A DNA stretch of 19,317 nucleotides from Pseudobdellovibrionaceae bacterium (lineage in GTDB: Bacteria; Bdellovibrionota; Bdellovibrionia; Bdellovibrionales; Bdellovibrionaceae), in assembly GCA_041288045.1 (NCBI GenBank), contig JBGGMM010000017.1, positions 1 through 19,317 of the forward strand, in the 5' to 3' direction. Shown here piece after piece: positions 16,648 to 19,317 of this stretch. Each line of letters begins with the position of its first letter. The stretch's first letter is position 1. The notes beneath the pieces are model-generated. The model saw only the letters and a program-made list of their open reading frames with translations, was not told the DNA's origin and did not search any database. A program made the position numbers and the translations under genes.

Positions 16648-17076
16648 CTAAAAGTCCTTGTTTCGCTCGTAATCAAATCGAACAACCGGACAATCCTGTT
16701 CATATGATTGCTTTGCAGTGAGACTGAGAGAGTCGGGGGAGTTGAATTTAAATTGTGCTGTTCCTTCTGGTGTATCAAAGTCTGTCGTCGATCCGTCGTG
16801 GTACCAGTAAGTTTGACCACGTCCGTAGGTAAAATGGATTTGATCTTCAATGATTTTATAGGGGTGAATTGAGTAGCTAAAGGCAAGGCTATCGTCATGT
16901 TCATTGCGCGCGAATCCTTTTGAATTAAAAGTGAGAGTGGATTTTTTGGCAGCGGGATAAACATCATTATTCAACAGGCATGTCAGTCTGAGAAATTTCC
17001 ATTGGCCGACCAGATTCGGATTCGCTAAAGCGATATTGGAACAAAAAATAAAAAGAGTCAGGGTGAAGAGTCTCAT
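16648..17076 (-). CDS. Secreted hypothetical protein, possibly lipocalin-like beta-barrel (142 aa)
   Basis: ATG 17076 with AAGGA RBS; signal peptide ending ALA-N; N-terminal 'LVGQWK' (G-x-W motif of lipocalin-like domains); two mature Cys. Confidence 0.7.
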   Translation of the reverse strand: MRLFTLTLFIFCSNIALANPNLVGQWKFLRLTCLLNNDVYPAAKKSTLTFNSKGFARNEHDDSLAFSYSIHPYKIIEDQIHFTYGRGQTYWYHDGSTTDFDTPEGTAQFKFNSPDSLSLTAKQSYEQDCPVVRFDYERNKDF

Positions 17077-17160
17077 GCTTTTCCTTTTTTGGGTGTTTTC
17101 AAATACGCTATGTTTATCAAAATAGAAAAACAACTAATTAGTAGATCGAGAATCAGGATT

Positions 17161-17179
17161 TCAGTGAGCACTCTGAATG
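17161..17179 (+). repeat. Intergenic motif B, copy 2
   Basis: TCAGTGAGCACTCTGAATG; 17/19 identical to 16572-16590. Confidence 0.6.
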
Positions 17180-17244
17180 GATCGAACGAGCCGAAGTATA
17201 AGTGAAGTGACAAAAGCGTTTACCAGCTTTTTTCCTAGGAGCTA

Positions 17245-17273
17245 TTCCATGGCGCAGAGTTTCTTGAACGTTC
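17245..17273 (+). repeat. Intergenic motif A, copy 2
   Basis: TTCCATGGCGCAGAGTTTCTTGAACGTTC; 24/29 identical to 16467-16495; overlaps the perfect palindrome CTTGAACGTTCAAG (17263-17276). Confidence 0.6.
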
Positions 17274-17396
17274 AAGCGCACTCACAAAATTGGCAATGGA
17301 TTCCGTTCAGACTTTGGCAAAAAAATAGGGATCAAAAAAGAGTGACTACAAATTTGACATGTAAATAATTTCCTCTCAATCGCACTAAAACATAGA

Positions 17397-17412
17397 TGGC
17401 GTCCACATTGCA
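17397..17412 (+). promoter_or_regulatory. Candidate sigma54 (-24/-12) promoter
   Basis: TGGCGTCCACATTGCA has GG-N10-GC spacing and matches the consensus TGGCACG-N4-TTGCW at both cores. Confidence 0.5.
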
Positions 17413-17508
17413 TTCCATGTGTCGTTAAAACCTACAGTATCTGCCAAAGTGAAGCGTGGTTGGATTAAGCGCAAGAGCGGACCTCGGTCTAGATTGCCCA
17501 ACAAATCA

Positions 17509-17535
17509 TTAAGTTCCTCCATCTAAGTCCGATCT
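17509..17535 (+). promoter_or_regulatory. Candidate sigma28 (FliA) promoter
   Basis: TTAAGTTC-N11-TCCGATCT versus consensus TAAAGTTT-N11-GCCGATAA; ends about 50 nt upstream of ATG 17585. Confidence 0.55.
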
Positions 17536-17584
17536 AGGAAGTAATAAAACCTAGACTTTGAATCAGTCTGGATAGGGGTTAGCA

Positions 17585-18559
17585 ATGAGAAAACCACTCT
17601 TTGTTCTTCTGCTGGTCTTTTTAAGTGGATGCGCCAAAAATTCTTTTGAAACTGCACTTGATCAGGTTGACGAGGGTCAGATGAAATCCTCTAACAAACC
17701 CTACTGCGAAGTGGACCCAACTGATTACATTCTTTATCCCAAAATTCTTTCCTACGATATCACCAGTACAAAGGGCGGAAATTTTGGCTTCAATTTACTG
17801 AAAGGCATTTTGAAAGCTTTTGATCTGAAATTTAAAATCGAAACAGCTGAGCTGGAAACAGCTGTGAGCATCTATTCTCCAATGAAATACGACAGCTCCC
17901 TGCCGGCAGAGAAAAACTCAGCCCTAGTCATCGGCGATAAAACAGTCTCTGGCTCTGACGGGGAAGTGTCTGGTGAGATTGATATTGCTCAGTTCTTTGT
18001 CGACGGAAATTATTATTGGAAGACTTCGTTCTCTCGCCTGACTAAAAAAGGTCTACAAGCTTCCTATGCTCAAGCCCTCGAACAGCTCAATGCAAATCCT
18101 TCCCGATGGAAAACGAAAGTGGCGGATGTTGTTCAAAATTACGCCATCATTCCCGTCGGGCTGAGTGCGGGCTTGAGAGAAAACGATGAGTTTGTTTTTT
18201 ATAATGTCGAGTACTCTTGGAACGGGGAGCCTTGCACGGATTATCTGATGCCAGTCCCAACAACAAAAGATCCAATTGCCAAAGGGAAAGTCATCCGAGC
18301 CGAAGACAATGCGGCCGCACTAGAAATCACAGTCCTGAATCCCAACGAGAAAATCGACATTGGAACTCAAGTCGAAATTTTGAATCTTCCAAAAGCCAAT
18401 AAAAAGGATCAAAGATCTTTGCTTCGCTCTGTCAAAGTCATCGACATGCTCGAAACCCCAGTTCCGGTCAAAGGCACTTCAAATTCTGTCGATCTCAGCA
18501 GCTATGCCAACATTCAGTTCCGTGCTCTCTTAAGGGAGCACGGATTTTATCAAAGATGA
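17585..18559 (+). CDS. Lipoprotein with FlgT C-terminal-like domain (324 aa)
   Basis: Lipobox LSG-C; AGGGG RBS; segment WKTKVADV...IIPVG-x-x-AGLR-x-x-DEF-x-FY...IAKGKVI...A resembles the FlgT_C beta-barrel pattern. Confidence 0.75.
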   Translation: MRKPLFVLLLVFLSGCAKNSFETALDQVDEGQMKSSNKPYCEVDPTDYILYPKILSYDITSTKGGNFGFNLLKGILKAFDLKFKIETAELETAVSIYSPMKYDSSLPAEKNSALVIGDKTVSGSDGEVSGEIDIAQFFVDGNYYWKTSFSRLTKKGLQASYAQALEQLNANPSRWKTKVADVVQNYAIIPVGLSAGLRENDEFVFYNVEYSWNGEPCTDYLMPVPTTKDPIAKGKVIRAEDNAAALEITVLNPNEKIDIGTQVEILNLPKANKKDQRSLLRSVKVIDMLETPVPVKGTSNSVDLSSYANIQFRALLREHGFYQR

Positions 18560-18575
18560 TTCGGTCATCTAATTT

Positions 18576-19226
18576 TTACTTCTTCTCTTTTGTCGGCGTC
18601 GATGAAGAATCAGATTCTTTCATTTCGGCGCGAGGCTTTTGAGTTTGCTTTGCTGTCTTTTGGTAACTTTCAATGAGCTTTGCAACCTTTGGATCGGTTG
18701 GTTGATCTAGCTGCTTAAGAATCATATCAATTCTGTGCAGATTCGAACTCCAATCAGAGAAAATGATTTGATTTGTTCTTGAATAGACATTCATTTCACC
18801 ATCCCTGGAAGCCAAGATTCGGACTTCGCGCATCACTGATTCTGCTGGGATATTTTTAAAGGTATAAATGTAAGTGGCTATTCGCTCTGGTTTCAGTGTT
18901 GGCAGTGTCGTTGTGGTTTCGATCAAGTCTCTTTGAATATGTCGAGCCGCTTTCACGACCATCGTGTCATCCTGTTTGGAGATGGCATAACCATTGGTCG
19001 AAAGAACAGAGGAGAGAAGATTGAAAGCCTCTTCAGGAGGCACATTATCTGCACCAGTGATCGTACCCTTTCCCTGAACACCGGGATCGACAACAAATTT
19101 CTGTCCAGTCGCTTTTGAATAGACATCGATCATTTTCAAAATATCTTCGCTTTGAAATGAAAATTTCATCCCAGCAAATGAATTCACGGAAAAAAGCAAA
19201 GCCAAGATTGTCAGAACGACTTTCAT
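18576..19226 (-). CDS. Stand-alone secretin N-terminal (GspD N0+N1-like) periplasmic protein, lacking the secretin barrel (216 aa)
   Basis: Signal peptide ending SFA-G; N0-like 'FSFQSEDI...I...SKATGQKFVVDPGVQGK-x-TI...EEAF...SVLSTNGY'; N1/KH-like 'TYIYTFKNIPA...RTNQIIFSD...L-x-RI...LKQLDQP'; then a charged tail and stop. GGAGG RBS. Confidence 0.85.
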   Translation of the reverse strand: MKVVLTILALLFSVNSFAGMKFSFQSEDILKMIDVYSKATGQKFVVDPGVQGKGTITGADNVPPEEAFNLLSSVLSTNGYAISKQDDTMVVKAARHIQRDLIETTTTLPTLKPERIATYIYTFKNIPAESVMREVRILASRDGEMNVYSRTNQIIFSDWSSNLHRIDMILKQLDQPTDPKVAKLIESYQKTAKQTQKPRAEMKESDSSSTPTKEKK

Positions 19227-19254
19227 AAAGATCCTCCTCTTTGTAGTGGAGGCG

Positions 19255-19317
19255 TCAGCTTAAACTAAAATGAGAGAAGAGGAGAAGGTGCCTTTCTCTT
19301 TTTCCTTCACTCGGCGC
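19255..19317 (-). CDS. Possible 3' end of an upstream minus-strand CDS
   Basis: One minus frame is open from the window edge to TGA at 19257-19255 (RRVKEKEKGTFSFSHFSLS*), 28 nt before the next start. Too short to be sure. Confidence 0.3.
   Translation of the reverse strand, partial: APSEGKRERHLLLFSHFSLS

Noticed and set aside
16554..16967. 137-aa minus-strand ORF
   Set aside because: Alternate frame overlapping 16648-17076, which has the RBS and signal peptide.
17177..17368. 63-aa ORF in the long intergenic region
   Set aside because: No RBS or recognisable features, and it runs across the repeat motifs and palindrome; cannot be supported, though not strictly excluded.
16417..17584. CRISPR array or integron attC cassettes
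   Set aside because: Only two copies of each motif, no regular spacing, no convincing RYYYAAC...GTTRRRY attC structure, and no cas or intI gene.

Overview
Gene-dense bacterial chromosomal segment with about 20 CDSs and no rRNA, tRNA, CRISPR array, integrase or transposase. The many orphan secreted lipoproteins, a Cys-rich 'CNPLxxG' secreted protein and a MIDAS/vWA lipoprotein suggest a Bdellovibrionota (predatory) genome; this is inferred from gene style, not from a marker gene. Recognisable families: EEP nuclease/phosphatase lipoprotein, NhaR-like LysR regulator, RluA pseudouridine synthase, DedA, TatD, TcdA-like ThiF enzyme, class I SAM methyltransferase, deoxyhypusine-synthase-like protein, OsmC, FlgT_C-like lipoprotein and a stand-alone secretin N0-N1 protein. 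Best leads: (i) a three-gene minus-strand secreted operon (8616-4601) encoding a MIDAS lipoprotein with two Ig-like repeats, a small secreted protein and an 18-Cys membrane-anchored protein with an internal signal-peptidase-like site; (ii) a secretin N0-N1 protein with no barrel; (iii) two degenerate repeat motifs flanking the gene at 16648-17076 in A-B...B-A order; (iv) tandem sigma54-like and sigma28-like promoters with an upstream perfect palindrome ahead of the FlgT-like lipoprotein. All family calls come from motif recognition by eye; no searches were run.
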